A model generated the notes under the pieces. That model had not been told where the DNA came from, made no database searches, and worked only from the letters and a program-made list of their open reading frames with translations. A stretch of DNA of 64,000 bases from Gammaproteobacteria bacterium. Its GTDB lineage: Bacteria > Pseudomonadota > Gammaproteobacteria > Eutrophobiales > Eutrophobiaceae. The stretch is taken from the NCBI GenBank assembly GCA_965243205.1, contig CBDEUK010000002.1:1440001-1504000 (forward strand), read 5' to 3'. Of the stretch, positions 32,087-42,258 are shown one piece after another; the first letter of the stretch is position 1, and each line of letters begins with the position of its first letter. Made by a program: the position numbers and the translations under genes.

Positions 32087-32898
32087 TCAATAAGTTTTCG
32101 AAATACCAACGCCAAAAAATAGGTCATCACTGTCATGACGACCATCATGGCACCTGATGGTATATCAGGTTGATAAGATAAAACTAATCCTGATACACAG
32201 CCTAAAAAACATAATAGTATCGAAATAATAATCATGCTATGAAATGATCGTGCAAATAATGCCGCTGTTGCTGATGGTATCACTAATAATGCTAACGCCA
32301 ATATTAGTCCTACCATTTGAATCATTAAGACTACACTTATTGAGATCAAACAAAGTAACACTGTATAAATTAACTCTGTTTTAACACCACGAATCTTTGC
32401 AAACTCTTCATCAAAAGTAATAATCATTAATTGTTTATATAAAATATAAACACTGAAGATTAATAAACAATCTAACGCCAGCATAATTTTTAAATCTTGT
32501 TGAGAAACTAATAAAATATTCCCAAACAAATAGTGCATTAGATCCACACTATAACCAGGTGTTTTTGCAATAAAGATTAATCCAATGGCCATTCCTAATG
32601 ACCAAATCGCTGCAATTAAAATATCTTCATTCTGTTTTAAACGTATCGTCACAATTGCTATGATTACAGCAAACATAAAAGCCGCGATGAAAGCGCCTAA
32701 AAAAGGAGGGTGGTTAAAAAAATAAGCTATCCCCATTCCAGACAAAACTGCATGAGAAATACCACCTACTAAAAAACCCATTCTTTTAGCAACGACAAAG
32801 CTTCCCATTAAACCGCAACCAATGCTCGCTAATACACAAGCAATGAGAGCATTTTGTATAAAACTATGTTCAAAAGCGGCTTGAATAAATTCAATCAT
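32083..32898 (-). CDS. znuB: Zn ABC transporter permease
   Basis: 'ISHAVLSG', 'YLFGNIL', 'FDEEFA'; in zur operon. Confidence 0.85.
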   Translation of the reverse strand: MIEFIQAAFEHSFIQNALIACVLASIGCGLMGSFVVAKRMGFLVGGISHAVLSGMGIAYFFNHPPFLGAFIAAFMFAVIIAIVTIRLKQNEDILIAAIWSLGMAIGLIFIAKTPGYSVDLMHYLFGNILLVSQQDLKIMLALDCLLIFSVYILYKQLMIITFDEEFAKIRGVKTELIYTVLLCLISISVVLMIQMVGLILALALLVIPSATAALFARSFHSMIIISILLCFLGCVSGLVLSYQPDIPSGAMMVVMTVMTYFLALVFRKLID

Positions 32899-32912
32899 AA
32901 AATCTTTATCAC

Positions 32913-33638
32913 TTAATGTGTATGATGAATCATACTGACATCAATGCCATATAATTCTTCAATCGTTTTGCCATTAACTGATTCAATATCATGGCAAATA
33001 AGATTTTGATTCACACATGCTACTCTATCGACATATGAGGATATAAACGCCACATCATGTGAAATAACAAGAATGGTCATTTTGGAATTATAATCTTTTA
33101 ATAACTTAAAAATATCTTCTTCAGCTATTACATCTATATTCGCGGTTGGTTCATCTAAAATTAATATTTCAGGTTGACATACTAATGCTCTAGCTAACCA
33201 AACACGTTGTAATTGGCCACCAGAAAGTTCAGTTAATTTTTTATCTGCGATATTGGTTATATTTAAAACCGTTAATATTTCTTCAGTAATTTTTTTATCT
33301 TCTACAGAATAAGCCCCAAAGAAATTATTTGTTCCTAATCTTCCTAACATAACGGTATCTTTAACCGTGATCGGAAAGTGGCTATTGAGCTCAGGCTTTT
33401 GAGCAACGTAACCAATTCGATGCCTTACTTTACTTGGGTATGAGCCAAATACAGAAACCGTTCCTTGAACGGGCTTAATTAATCCTAGTATTGTTTTAAT
33501 TAAAGTTGTTTTGCCTGCAGCGTTCGGACCAATGATGCCAATAAACTCACCAGCCTCAACTGTAAAATTAATATCTTTCAAAACTGTTTTATTACCAAAA
33601 ACAATCTTCACATCTTTAATATCTATTAAAGATGTCAT
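32913..33638 (-). CDS. znuC: Zn ABC transporter ATPase
   Basis: GPNAAGKTT, LSGGQLQR, LDEPT, SHD. Confidence 0.85.
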   Translation of the reverse strand: MTSLIDIKDVKIVFGNKTVLKDINFTVEAGEFIGIIGPNAAGKTTLIKTILGLIKPVQGTVSVFGSYPSKVRHRIGYVAQKPELNSHFPITVKDTVMLGRLGTNNFFGAYSVEDKKITEEILTVLNITNIADKKLTELSGGQLQRVWLARALVCQPEILILDEPTANIDVIAEEDIFKLLKDYNSKMTILVISHDVAFISSYVDRVACVNQNLICHDIESVNGKTIEELYGIDVSMIHHTH

Positions 33639-33639
33639 A

Positions 33640-34485
33640 TTAATTTTTAAACGATTGAATTAATTTTTGAGTGGTTAACTGAAGATTTGCGACGTAATCA
33701 TATGCCAATGGATCTATAAAGACTATTTGAGCATTCAATTCATTTGCTATGACATTCGCTGATTTAGAATGCAATTTTTCAACGCTAAAAATATGTTTTA
33801 TATTTTTTGATACAGCTTGATCTAAAATTTTTTCTCTTTCCTTAATACCAATATCTTTTCCTTCTTGTTCTAAAGATACTTGTTTTAAACCATATCGTTT
33901 AGCGTAATAAGACCAAGCAGGATGCGTTACGATAAAGATATTTTCTTCGAATGGTTGTAATTGTTTTTTGATAAATTCATCCAACTCTTTTAATTGACTC
34001 ACTAAATTGTCAAAAGACTTTTTATAATTTTCAGCTTTTTCTGGATAAACTGTATTCAACTGCACTAACATACTTCGGGCAATTTCAATCAATAAAATAG
34101 GATCAGTCCATATATGGGGATCCATTTCATGATGATGTCGATATTCTGTATGAGTTAATGTTTTGAGTTCCGAACAACAATTTGTATTAATCACTAAATC
34201 TGAATTTTCAGATAAAACAGTAATCCATTTTTTTTCGAATGGTAACCCCAAAGAAAAATATATATCGGATTGTTTAATTTTTATAATTTGTTTTGGCGTT
34301 GGCTCAAACAATTCGGGACTTTTATTTTGAGGGACTAAACTAACTACTTTTGCATCTTTACCAACGATTTTCTCCATTAAAAACTGTAATGGAGGAATGC
34401 TTACAGCAATCGTGCGTTCAGTACTAGCAATACTGAATTCACAATAGACAAAAATACAAACCAAAATTAAAAAACGATTCTGCAT
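33640..34485 (-). CDS. znuA: Zn ABC transporter substrate-binding protein
   Basis: 'HHHEMDPHIW', 'HPAWSYY', FEPTP. Confidence 0.85.
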   Translation of the reverse strand: MQNRFLILVCIFVYCEFSIASTERTIAVSIPPLQFLMEKIVGKDAKVVSLVPQNKSPELFEPTPKQIIKIKQSDIYFSLGLPFEKKWITVLSENSDLVINTNCCSELKTLTHTEYRHHHEMDPHIWTDPILLIEIARSMLVQLNTVYPEKAENYKKSFDNLVSQLKELDEFIKKQLQPFEENIFIVTHPAWSYYAKRYGLKQVSLEQEGKDIGIKEREKILDQAVSKNIKHIFSVEKLHSKSANVIANELNAQIVFIDPLAYDYVANLQLTTQKLIQSFKN

Positions 34486-34497
34486 ATTTTTTCTTAA

Positions 34498-34971
34498 TTA
34501 ACGCTGACGACATTGAGAACATAAACCATTAATCTCTAGTGACATGGTCTCGTATTGAAAATCCATTTTTTTTGTCATTGATTGAATCTTTTGTTGTATT
34601 TCAGAGCTACCTAATTCAGCAACCGATCCACATTCCTGACAAATTAAGAACTGGCATTGATGAGACTGGGTCGGATCAGAACACCCAAGGTAAGCATTTA
34701 GTGATTCAATTTTATGTACCAAGCCTAAAGCCTGTAAAAAATCCAAAGCTCGATAAACCGTTGGAGGTGCCGAAGACGAATGGACTTTTTTCAATTTGGC
34801 TAATAAATCATAGGCCTTCATCGGCTCGTGACTAGCCCATATAAACTCCAAAACTGTTTGTCTCAATGGCGTTAATCGTTCGCCGTGTGACTTACAAATG
34901 CTCTTGGCGTGCTCCAAAGCTGTCTTCTGGCAAGTTTTATGGTTATGGTGTTGAAATGAGATCGAAGTCAT
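34498..34971 (-). CDS. zur: Zinc uptake regulator
   Basis: 'RLTPLR', 'KAYDLL', PPTVYRALDFL, two CxxC motifs. Confidence 0.9.
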   Translation of the reverse strand: MTSISFQHHNHKTCQKTALEHAKSICKSHGERLTPLRQTVLEFIWASHEPMKAYDLLAKLKKVHSSSAPPTVYRALDFLQALGLVHKIESLNAYLGCSDPTQSHQCQFLICQECGSVAELGSSEIQQKIQSMTKKMDFQYETMSLEINGLCSQCRQR

Positions 34972-34994
34972 CGGTAAAATTCAATTTAAATTAG

Positions 34995-35009
34995 TGTTAT
35001 AATATAACA
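34995..35009. promoter_or_regulatory. Zur box (autoregulation of zur-znuACB)
   Basis: Perfect 7-1-7 palindrome TGTTATA-A-TATAACA 23 nt upstream of zur. Confidence 0.85.
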
Positions 35010-35106
35010 GTCTTGGCTAGAATAAAATATGATGGCATTTTAGCTTGAAAATCTCTGCTAAAATAACCATCTAACATTCAAGTAGTTATCCAATAAAAAA
35101 TAACGT

Positions 35107-35376
35107 ATGGCCGAACAACAGCAAAACTCCGAAGAAATTACTGTCTATCTTGATGCGAAAGGACTGAATTGCCCGTTACCTATACTGAAGTCTAAATTAG
35201 AGCTCAATAAAATGCACGCTGGAGAGATCTTATTTGTCGAATCAACCGATCCACATTCTAAGATCGATTTTGAAGCCTATTGCGCACGTACAGGGCATGA
35301 AATTCTTCAGTACAAAGATTCAGATGGTGTTTTTTGTTTTACGATTAAACGGACTGAAAACCCCAAGAAAATTTAA
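35107..35376 (+). CDS. tusA: TusA-family sulfur carrier
   Basis: LDAKGLNCPLP, TDP..IDF. Confidence 0.8.
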   Translation: MAEQQQNSEEITVYLDAKGLNCPLPILKSKLELNKMHAGEILFVESTDPHSKIDFEAYCARTGHEILQYKDSDGVFCFTIKRTENPKKI

Positions 35377-35525
35377 AGTTTGACGATAATTATCATCAGA
35401 AAACTAAAATAGGGTTAGCCTGGAAAAAATCCGTTGTTATAATAGCTTAGACAAATTAGATAAGATTTTACACGGATTGCCCTCAAACCAGCACTGAAAC
35501 CATGCTTAGAGGTATTTATTAATCA

Positions 35526-36830
35526 ATGTCTGGCGCAAGATTACTTGTCGTAGAAGATGATAGGACAACTGCTAATGTCATGCAGTTGAAGCTGAAAAGC
35601 TTCGGCTATGAGGTGTCAAAACCAGCAACCAATTCTGATGAAGCCATTCAAGAAGTAGAATCGTTTAAGCCTGAACTTGTTCTTATGGATATCAAACTGG
35701 GCAGAGGTAAAGACGGGATAGAAACAGCAAAAATTATCCGCGATCGTTATCAAATTCCTGTTGTCTTCGTTACTTCATATTCCGATAAAAAAACCATCGA
35801 ACGCGCGACCGACACTATGCCTTTAGGCTACATTAATAAACCTTTAAGAGATAAAGATTTAAAAACTACCGTAGCTCTTGCTTTAGAAAAACTCAAACTA
35901 ACCGCCAAACAAGAGTCAGCTAAAAATGAATCGGCTCTAGTTCGCCATGATATAGAAATTTTTTCCGCCGCTAATGGAAACATCGAAGATTATAATCTTG
36001 GTGCTCGCCAAACTTTAAAATCATTAGAGCTTGATAATATTGAAGATTTACTTCCCCATAATCATCGACAAATCATCGATTATTCATTAAGAATAGGTAA
36101 CTCATATTTAGTCGCTGGGCGTCTAATGGATAGGATTTTTTCATGGGAATACATACCTAATAATACCAATCAAACTGTCAGGATTGTCTGTGAAGATTTA
36201 ACAAATAATCGCCGTCTTTCTCACAGTGGTTCGAATGAAGAAGCCTTTAAACAAACACTGAATTATTTATCTGTCGGCGTATTGTTAGTCAATCACAAAC
36301 TTGAACCGACATTTATCAATCAAGCTGCAGAGCAATTTATTAATAATGATAAAAGCCTTATGGTTGACGATGGCACTATTTACTTGGCTACCGAAGAATT
36401 AAATCTTGAGTTGGTAAAATGCGTATCCTCAAGTTCAGGTGGCGTTATCTCTATGAAGCAACATCATAAAGACTCATCTACTGAGCTCCTTATTTCTCCA
36501 TTATCAATGGAAACAAACAATGACAATATGACAACACCAAAAGCGATCATTTTTATTTTCCATGCCCATAAAGATGCACAAAAATTCGAGGAACTTTTAA
36601 AAGCCCTGTATCGCTTTACTAATGCAGAAGCTCGACTCGCTTCAGCGCTGATCCGTGACCCACGATTAGAGCAAGCAGCAAATTCAATAGGCATAAAAAT
36701 TAATACTGCTCGCAGTCACCTAAAGAAAATTTTTCAAAAAACTGGTACTGATCGACAATCTTCATTGATTAATCATATTGTGAGTGGGCCTGCTGGACTT
36801 ATAATAAAAACTGGAAAGCACCAGGAATGA
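35526..36830 (+). CDS. Response regulator: REC + PAS-like + LuxR HTH
   Basis: VEDD, LMDI, KP; 'FTNAEARLA...NTARSHLKKIFQKTGT.RQ'. Confidence 0.8.
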   Translation: MSGARLLVVEDDRTTANVMQLKLKSFGYEVSKPATNSDEAIQEVESFKPELVLMDIKLGRGKDGIETAKIIRDRYQIPVVFVTSYSDKKTIERATDTMPLGYINKPLRDKDLKTTVALALEKLKLTAKQESAKNESALVRHDIEIFSAANGNIEDYNLGARQTLKSLELDNIEDLLPHNHRQIIDYSLRIGNSYLVAGRLMDRIFSWEYIPNNTNQTVRIVCEDLTNNRRLSHSGSNEEAFKQTLNYLSVGVLLVNHKLEPTFINQAAEQFINNDKSLMVDDGTIYLATEELNLELVKCVSSSSGGVISMKQHHKDSSTELLISPLSMETNNDNMTTPKAIIFIFHAHKDAQKFEELLKALYRFTNAEARLASALIRDPRLEQAANSIGIKINTARSHLKKIFQKTGTDRQSSLINHIVSGPAGLIIKTGKHQE

Positions 36831-36837
36831 ATTTTAT

Positions 36838-37212
36838 ATGGATAAAATCCAAATCAAGATCGCCCATAAAACCGTTTTAGTAAAACTTCTAGATACACCC
36901 ACAGCTGCAGCCATTTTTAAAGCATTACCTTTTACCTCTGAAGCCAGAACCTGGGGAGAAGAAGTGTATTTTCAAGCTCCTGTTACAACAACCCTAGAAC
37001 AAAATGCTAAAGATGTTGTAGAAGCAGGTGAAATGGCTTTTTGGGTTGAAGGCCAATGCATTGCCATCGGTTTTGGGCCGACACCTATCTCTCAAGGCAA
37101 TGAAATACGTCTTGCTGCCAAAACCAATATTTGGGGCAAAGCCTTAACAGATGTGAAGGATTTAATCGCCATACGCGATGGCGACTCTATATTGGTTCAA
37201 GCCATCGACTAA
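36838..37212 (+). CDS. Cyclophilin-like fold protein (DUF369 type)
   Basis: 'TWGEEVYF', 'AFWVEG..IAIGFGPTP'. Confidence 0.75.
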   Translation: MDKIQIKIAHKTVLVKLLDTPTAAAIFKALPFTSEARTWGEEVYFQAPVTTTLEQNAKDVVEAGEMAFWVEGQCIAIGFGPTPISQGNEIRLAAKTNIWGKALTDVKDLIAIRDGDSILVQAID

Positions 37213-37221
37213 ATAAGCGAT

Positions 37222-37638
37222 CTAGGCTTCAACGATTTCATAGTCGTGGGTCACTTTTGCAGTAGCACCTAACATAATCGATGCTGAACAGTACTTTTCT
37301 GCCGATAGCTCTATCGCCCGCTGCACTGTTTTTTCCTTAAGCTCCTTGCCCGTAACCACAAAATGTAAGTGAATATCGGTAAATACTTTTGGGTGCTCAT
37401 CTGCACGTTTCGCCGTGACTTTGACTTCACAATTATCGATATCCAAACGTGATTTTTTTAAAATTGAAATCACATCGACCGAACTACAAGCCCCCATTCC
37501 TACCAACAACATTTCCATTGGTCTAGGCCCCTGGTTTTTGCCTCCAGCATCTGGTGGACCATCCACAATGATGCTATGACCTGAGCCTGTCTCAGCCTCA
37601 AATGCCATATCACTCAGCCATCTTACATTTATCTGCAT
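37222..37638 (-). CDS. OsmC-family protein (YhfA-like)
   Basis: RPMEMLL..MGAC, KYCSAS; divergent from crp. Confidence 0.9.
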   Translation of the reverse strand: MQINVRWLSDMAFEAETGSGHSIIVDGPPDAGGKNQGPRPMEMLLVGMGACSSVDVISILKKSRLDIDNCEVKVTAKRADEHPKVFTDIHLHFVVTGKELKEKTVQRAIELSAEKYCSASIMLGATAKVTHDYEIVEA

Positions 37639-37719
37639 TACATTTACCCAAAGTATTGATTTTCTGGCGAAAGAGTACCATAGTTCTATACCTAAACGGG
37701 AACATACAGGAAATAAGAT

Positions 37720-38388
37720 ATGGCCGAATTACAAAATCGTCCTTCTAGCTTAGCAAACCGTGTTAGCTTCAAAAATCGTGATGAAACCATTTCACGCTTT
37801 CTAGAGCAATGCCATACTCGGCAATTCAATGCTAAGAGCGCTATCGTTAAGGAAGGCGATCCAAGTAATCACCTCTACTACATCATTGATGGCTCAGTCA
37901 GTGTGATGGTAGAAGATGAAAGAGGTCGAGAAATCGTTCTAGCCTACTTGAACCCTGGCGATTTTTTTGGTGAATTCGGTTTGTTTGAAGAAGATCATCA
38001 ACGTACCGCTTTTGTTCGTGCAAAAACAAAATGCGAAATCGCTCAAATTAGTTACGAGCGGCTAAAAAACATGAGCAACTTATTCCCTGATCTTTTATTT
38101 GCCATAGCTACACAAATGGCAAACCGACTTAGAAAGACCAATATTAAAGTGAGTGACCTAGCTTTTACGGATGTACAAGGTCGTATTGCTCGAACCCTAT
38201 TAGATTTATGTAAAGAACCCGATGCCATGACCCATCCTGATGGCATGCAAATCAAGATTACCCGTCAAGAACTCGGGCGTATTGTGGGCTGTTCGCGTGA
38301 AATGGTCGGTCGTGTTTTGAAGTACCTTGAAGATGATGGCCTCATCTCTGTATCGGGTAAAACAATCGTCGTATTTGGCACCCGCTAA
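37720..38388 (+). CDS. crp: cAMP receptor protein (CRP/Vfr)
   Basis: FGEFGLF, 'DAMTHPDGMQIKITRQELGRIVGCSREMVGRVLK'. Confidence 0.95.
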   Translation: MAELQNRPSSLANRVSFKNRDETISRFLEQCHTRQFNAKSAIVKEGDPSNHLYYIIDGSVSVMVEDERGREIVLAYLNPGDFFGEFGLFEEDHQRTAFVRAKTKCEIAQISYERLKNMSNLFPDLLFAIATQMANRLRKTNIKVSDLAFTDVQGRIARTLLDLCKEPDAMTHPDGMQIKITRQELGRIVGCSREMVGRVLKYLEDDGLISVSGKTIVVFGTR

Positions 38389-38391
38389 CTC

Positions 38392-38420
38392 TTGACAAAA
38401 CCCTAATCCAGAAGGATGAT
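38392..38420 (+). promoter_or_regulatory. Sigma70 promoter for tRNA-Met
   Basis: TTGACA-17 nt-GATGAT, 30 nt before the tRNA. Confidence 0.5.
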
Positions 38421-38449
38421 CGCCCATCCTTTTGGAAGACCCTTCCTAT

Positions 38450-38526
38450 GGCTATGTAGCTCAGCTGGTTAGAGCGCGGCATTCATAATGCTGAGGTCGG
38501 TGGTTCAAGTCCACCCATAGCCACCA
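38450..38526 (+). tRNA. tRNA-Met elongator (CAT)
   Basis: GGCTATG...CATAGCC-A-CCA, anticodon loop TT-CAT-AA, T-loop TTCAAGT; GGCTA acceptor typical of elongator Met. Confidence 0.92.
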
Positions 38527-38553
38527 TACATTATTTGAATCTAATTTTTCTGG

Positions 38554-39267
38554 TCACCACATTTTTCTAACTCTATTTTTCTCCCTACCAATTTTATTAC
38601 CGGATAACCTATCCCATAATTGAATACCCGTGTATTGTTCAACCAATGCAGTTGGTACAAGAAACTCTTCAAGAGATTTATTCGTACCAACGTTCGGGAT
38701 CATAAACGACCACATGTTTATATTTCCTCGATTATTCTCAGTTAAAACTGATTTAAAAAATGCATGAGGTATTGGCAAGGTTACGCCATTAGCTCGTTTA
38801 GATTTAATAACGTCGATTTTTTTATGAAAATCAAACACAGGACCTGAAACAACATAGGTTTCGAAGATATTTTTTTTATCATTCAGTCTTCTTACTTCTT
38901 CTTCTAATTTTTTCCAAATCTTTCGATTAAAATTTGGTTTTTGTGGCGCCATATTAGAAAGCAAAAACGTTTCACTATTTTGTATCTCAACTTCTCTTTG
39001 ATTAGCACTTGCGACTAAATGACCACGGTCATAACCAGAACCTTCGTAATCAGGTAAATCCGCCATAAACATAAATGGAATACGATAATCAGGACGAAAA
39101 TTATCTAACCTTTCGATATCAGACTTATCAGAGTCGACTATTTCTAATGCCCACTTAGCTTGCCTGAAATAATATGAATAGCCAATGACATAATAACGAT
39201 TAAAAAGTATATGATCAGCAGCAGGCATACCATAACGAGTTTCTTTTTTGAGGCTAGGTATATCCAT
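38554..39267 (-). CDS. DNA/RNA non-specific endonuclease (NucA/EndoG, beta-beta-alpha-Me)
   Basis: GYDRGHL, 'TFLLSNMAPQ..NFN...W..LE', SGP, IP..FFK; no signal peptide. Confidence 0.9.
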   Translation of the reverse strand: MDIPSLKKETRYGMPAADHILFNRYYVIGYSYYFRQAKWALEIVDSDKSDIERLDNFRPDYRIPFMFMADLPDYEGSGYDRGHLVASANQREVEIQNSETFLLSNMAPQKPNFNRKIWKKLEEEVRRLNDKKNIFETYVVSGPVFDFHKKIDVIKSKRANGVTLPIPHAFFKSVLTENNRGNINMWSFMIPNVGTNKSLEEFLVPTALVEQYTGIQLWDRLSGNKIGREKNRVRKMW

Positions 39268-39391
39268 AATCTATCTCCACTCTTCGAAAGCTATAGACTA
39301 ATATTGTGACAAAATAATATGGGTTTATATAGGTTTAAATCCAATTTGAAATAGGTATTACTGCAAAACAACAAACGTATCATCTATAGCT

Positions 39392-40558
39392 CTATTTCAA
39401 GCTGAGTTTTAGAATACAATAACCCGTAATACCTGATATAAACGACCCAATCAGAATTCCCAAACGTTCATCAAATAATAAATTAACACCTGTTTCCTCG
39501 AAGGCCAAAGAGCCAATAAATAAGCTCATGGTAAAACCGACTCCACATAAAGCCGAAATACCATATAAATTTTTCAAAGTCATGCCTCTCGGCAAAGTGA
39601 TTAAATTAAGTTTGATACCTAACCAACAAAAACCAAATACTCCAATCTGTTTGCCAAAAAATAAACCTGCTGCAATACCTAAAGGCACACTATGAAAAAC
39701 TTGTTGCACACTAATGCCATGTAGATTAATACCTGCATTCGCAAATGCGAACAGAGGCAAAATAAAAAAAGTAACGACTTTATATAAGTCGTGCTCAAAT
39801 TCTTTTAATGGTGATGTATTAGGAGATTGTGTACGAATAGGAATAAACATAGCCAATACAACACCACTCAAAGTTGCATGCACACCTGATTTCAACATAC
39901 CAACCCACATTACTGTACCAACGATTATGTATGCGACTTTAGAAACCACACCTAAACGATTCAACACGAATAAAATCGCTATGCATAAAACAGCAACTGA
40001 TAATGCAAGGTTTGAAATGTTAGGTGTGTAAAATACAGCTATGATAAAAATAGCCCCAATATCATCAAATACTGCAAGCGATGTAAGAAATACTTTTAAC
40101 GATAATGGAACTTTACTACCTAATAATGCAAGAATACCTAAACTAAAAGCGATATCAGTTGCGGCTGGAATTGCCCAACCTTGCACAGCAACTTCATTTT
40201 CTATATTGATGAGAACATAAATAGCTGAAGGCACCAACATGCCACCAAAAGCACCTATAGCTGGAAGTATTACGTTTTTTATCTCTGACAATTCTCCTTC
40301 AATCACTTCACGTTTTAATTCTAAACCAATCAAGAAAAAGAACATTGTCATCAAACCATCATTTATCCATAACAATAATGGCTTTGAAATTCTAAATTCA
40401 CCAACGCGTATTTCTACTATGGTTGATAATAATAAATCGTAATAATGACTGAGAGGACTATTGGCAATAAGGATCGCTAGAACCGCGACAAACATTAAAA
40501 TGATTCCTGGAGCGGATTCTTTTTTAAAAAAATCTGAAAAAGACTTTGAAAGGATCAT
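39392..40558 (-). CDS. nhaA: Na+/H+ antiporter NhaA
   Basis: WINDGLM, GLELKRE, ATDIAF, FDD, SGVHAT, GFTMSLFI. Confidence 0.95.
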   Translation of the reverse strand: MILSKSFSDFFKKESAPGIILMFVAVLAILIANSPLSHYYDLLLSTIVEIRVGEFRISKPLLLWINDGLMTMFFFLIGLELKREVIEGELSEIKNVILPAIGAFGGMLVPSAIYVLINIENEVAVQGWAIPAATDIAFSLGILALLGSKVPLSLKVFLTSLAVFDDIGAIFIIAVFYTPNISNLALSVAVLCIAILFVLNRLGVVSKVAYIIVGTVMWVGMLKSGVHATLSGVVLAMFIPIRTQSPNTSPLKEFEHDLYKVVTFFILPLFAFANAGINLHGISVQQVFHSVPLGIAAGLFFGKQIGVFGFCWLGIKLNLITLPRGMTLKNLYGISALCGVGFTMSLFIGSLAFEETGVNLLFDERLGILIGSFISGITGYCILKLSLK

Positions 40559-40639
40559 TAAACTATTTTTTCACGAAAGAAAAATAGCATTAATGAAAGA
40601 GATTTATAAAAAAATCTCTTTTCAAAAAAAGATTTTGTA

Positions 40640-42172
40640 TCAAGCGTACTTGTTGTGTTCAACCGTAATATTTCGGTGACCAGCACCTAATTTAAACTCT
40701 TCAATCACTTCGAGCACATCTGGATCCATATGACGAGTTTGACTGCTATCAATCGTTACATATGAACCATCAGGCACATGGCCTAATGCGTCTACAACAG
40801 ACGCTCGACTAAAGAAGCTGACTTCATCTGAAAAATTTAATGTGACTTGATGAGTATGATCAGGTAATTCATGATCTTCAATTCGATATTCAAAAGAGTT
40901 CATGAAATTACGACGTAAGATCATAAACACTGCGATGAACAACCCAAACGCAATACCTATTAATAAATCTGTAAATACAATGCCTAAGATAGTAGCAATA
41001 AAAGGTAAGAACTGATCCATGCCCGCTTTGTATAAACCAGTAAAAATTTCTGGCTTAGCAAGTTTGTACCCAACCACAAATAAAATACTGGCTAACACTG
41101 ATAGCGGAATAAGATTTAAAACGTGTGGCAATATCAAAACGAAAACTAATAAAAACACACCATGCATAATCGCAGAAAGTTTAGTTCTAGCATTCGATTG
41201 AATGTTTGCTGAGCTTCGAACGATCACTTGTGTAATTGGTAAACCACCGATTAAACCTGATGTACAATTTCCAACACCTTGTGCAAATAACTCACGGTTT
41301 GTAGGCGTAACACGTTTTAAAGGATCTAATTTATCAGTCGCTTCAACACATAATAATGTTTCTAAACTTGCAACGACAGCAAAGGTAATTGCAGTAATAA
41401 TAACTGCAGAATCCATTGCTCTACTCCAATCAGGAAATACTAAAAGATCTTTTATTCCTGATAACCCGTCTATTACTGGCACACTCACTAAATGTTGTTG
41501 TTTTAATGCAAGTTCAGGAAAGTAGCGTGATGTTATGATTTGAAATAAGATTCCGAAAACAACTGCTACCAAAGGACCTTGAATTAATTTAAAGACAGCT
41601 GATTTTTTTACTAAAACGATTTCCCATAATAAAAGAATCGCAATACTAACCAGTGAAACAATGATTGCTGCAAACTGATAATCGAACAACATTAACGTCA
41701 TAGATGTAAATGTGTTTTCACCATCAGGTTGTATGAATGCCAATTGGCCTTCTGGAATGGAATCGTAACCAATCGCATGTGGGATTTGTTTTAAGATAAT
41801 GATAATACCAATACCCGCTAACATGCCTTTAATCACGGACGAAGGAAAAAAGTAAGCTATGAAACCACCGCGTGCTAAACCAAAAGCAATTTGAATTAAT
41901 CCCGCTAATACAACTGACATTAAAAAGGCTTCGAAACCTAATTTATCAATGGCTGCTAGAACGATAACGGCAAGTCCAGCAGCAGGGCCTGATACACCAA
42001 GCTGTGATCCACTTAAACTACCAACAACAATCCCACCAACAATACCCGCAATTAAACCTGAGAACAGTGGAGCGCCACTGGCTAAAGCGATACCTAAACA
42101 TAATGGTACAGCAACAAAAAATACAACAATACTAGCAGGGAGATCACTTCTAAGGTTTTTAATCAGATTCAT
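40640..42172 (-). CDS. SulP/SLC26 anion (bicarbonate) transporter
   Basis: PLCLGIALASG, SGPAAGL, RSSAN, STAS-like tail; follows carbonic anhydrase. Confidence 0.9.
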   Translation of the reverse strand: MNLIKNLRSDLPASIVVFFVAVPLCLGIALASGAPLFSGLIAGIVGGIVVGSLSGSQLGVSGPAAGLAVIVLAAIDKLGFEAFLMSVVLAGLIQIAFGLARGGFIAYFFPSSVIKGMLAGIGIIIILKQIPHAIGYDSIPEGQLAFIQPDGENTFTSMTLMLFDYQFAAIIVSLVSIAILLLWEIVLVKKSAVFKLIQGPLVAVVFGILFQIITSRYFPELALKQQHLVSVPVIDGLSGIKDLLVFPDWSRAMDSAVIITAITFAVVASLETLLCVEATDKLDPLKRVTPTNRELFAQGVGNCTSGLIGGLPITQVIVRSSANIQSNARTKLSAIMHGVFLLVFVLILPHVLNLIPLSVLASILFVVGYKLAKPEIFTGLYKAGMDQFLPFIATILGIVFTDLLIGIAFGLFIAVFMILRRNFMNSFEYRIEDHELPDHTHQVTLNFSDEVSFFSRASVVDALGHVPDGSYVTIDSSQTRHMDPDVLEVIEEFKLGAGHRNITVEHNKYA

Positions 42173-42207
42173 GGCAAAGATTACTTATAGTGTTTTGTTT
42201 AAACAAA

Positions 42208-42233
42208 ACAGCTTCTACATAACAAGAAGCTGT
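42208..42233 (-). terminator. Hairpin between carbonic anhydrase and SulP
   Basis: ACAGCTTCT...AGAAGCTGT followed by TTTGTTT on the minus strand. Confidence 0.55.
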
Positions 42234-42258
42234 TCATTAAAATTAGTGTAAATGGAAA

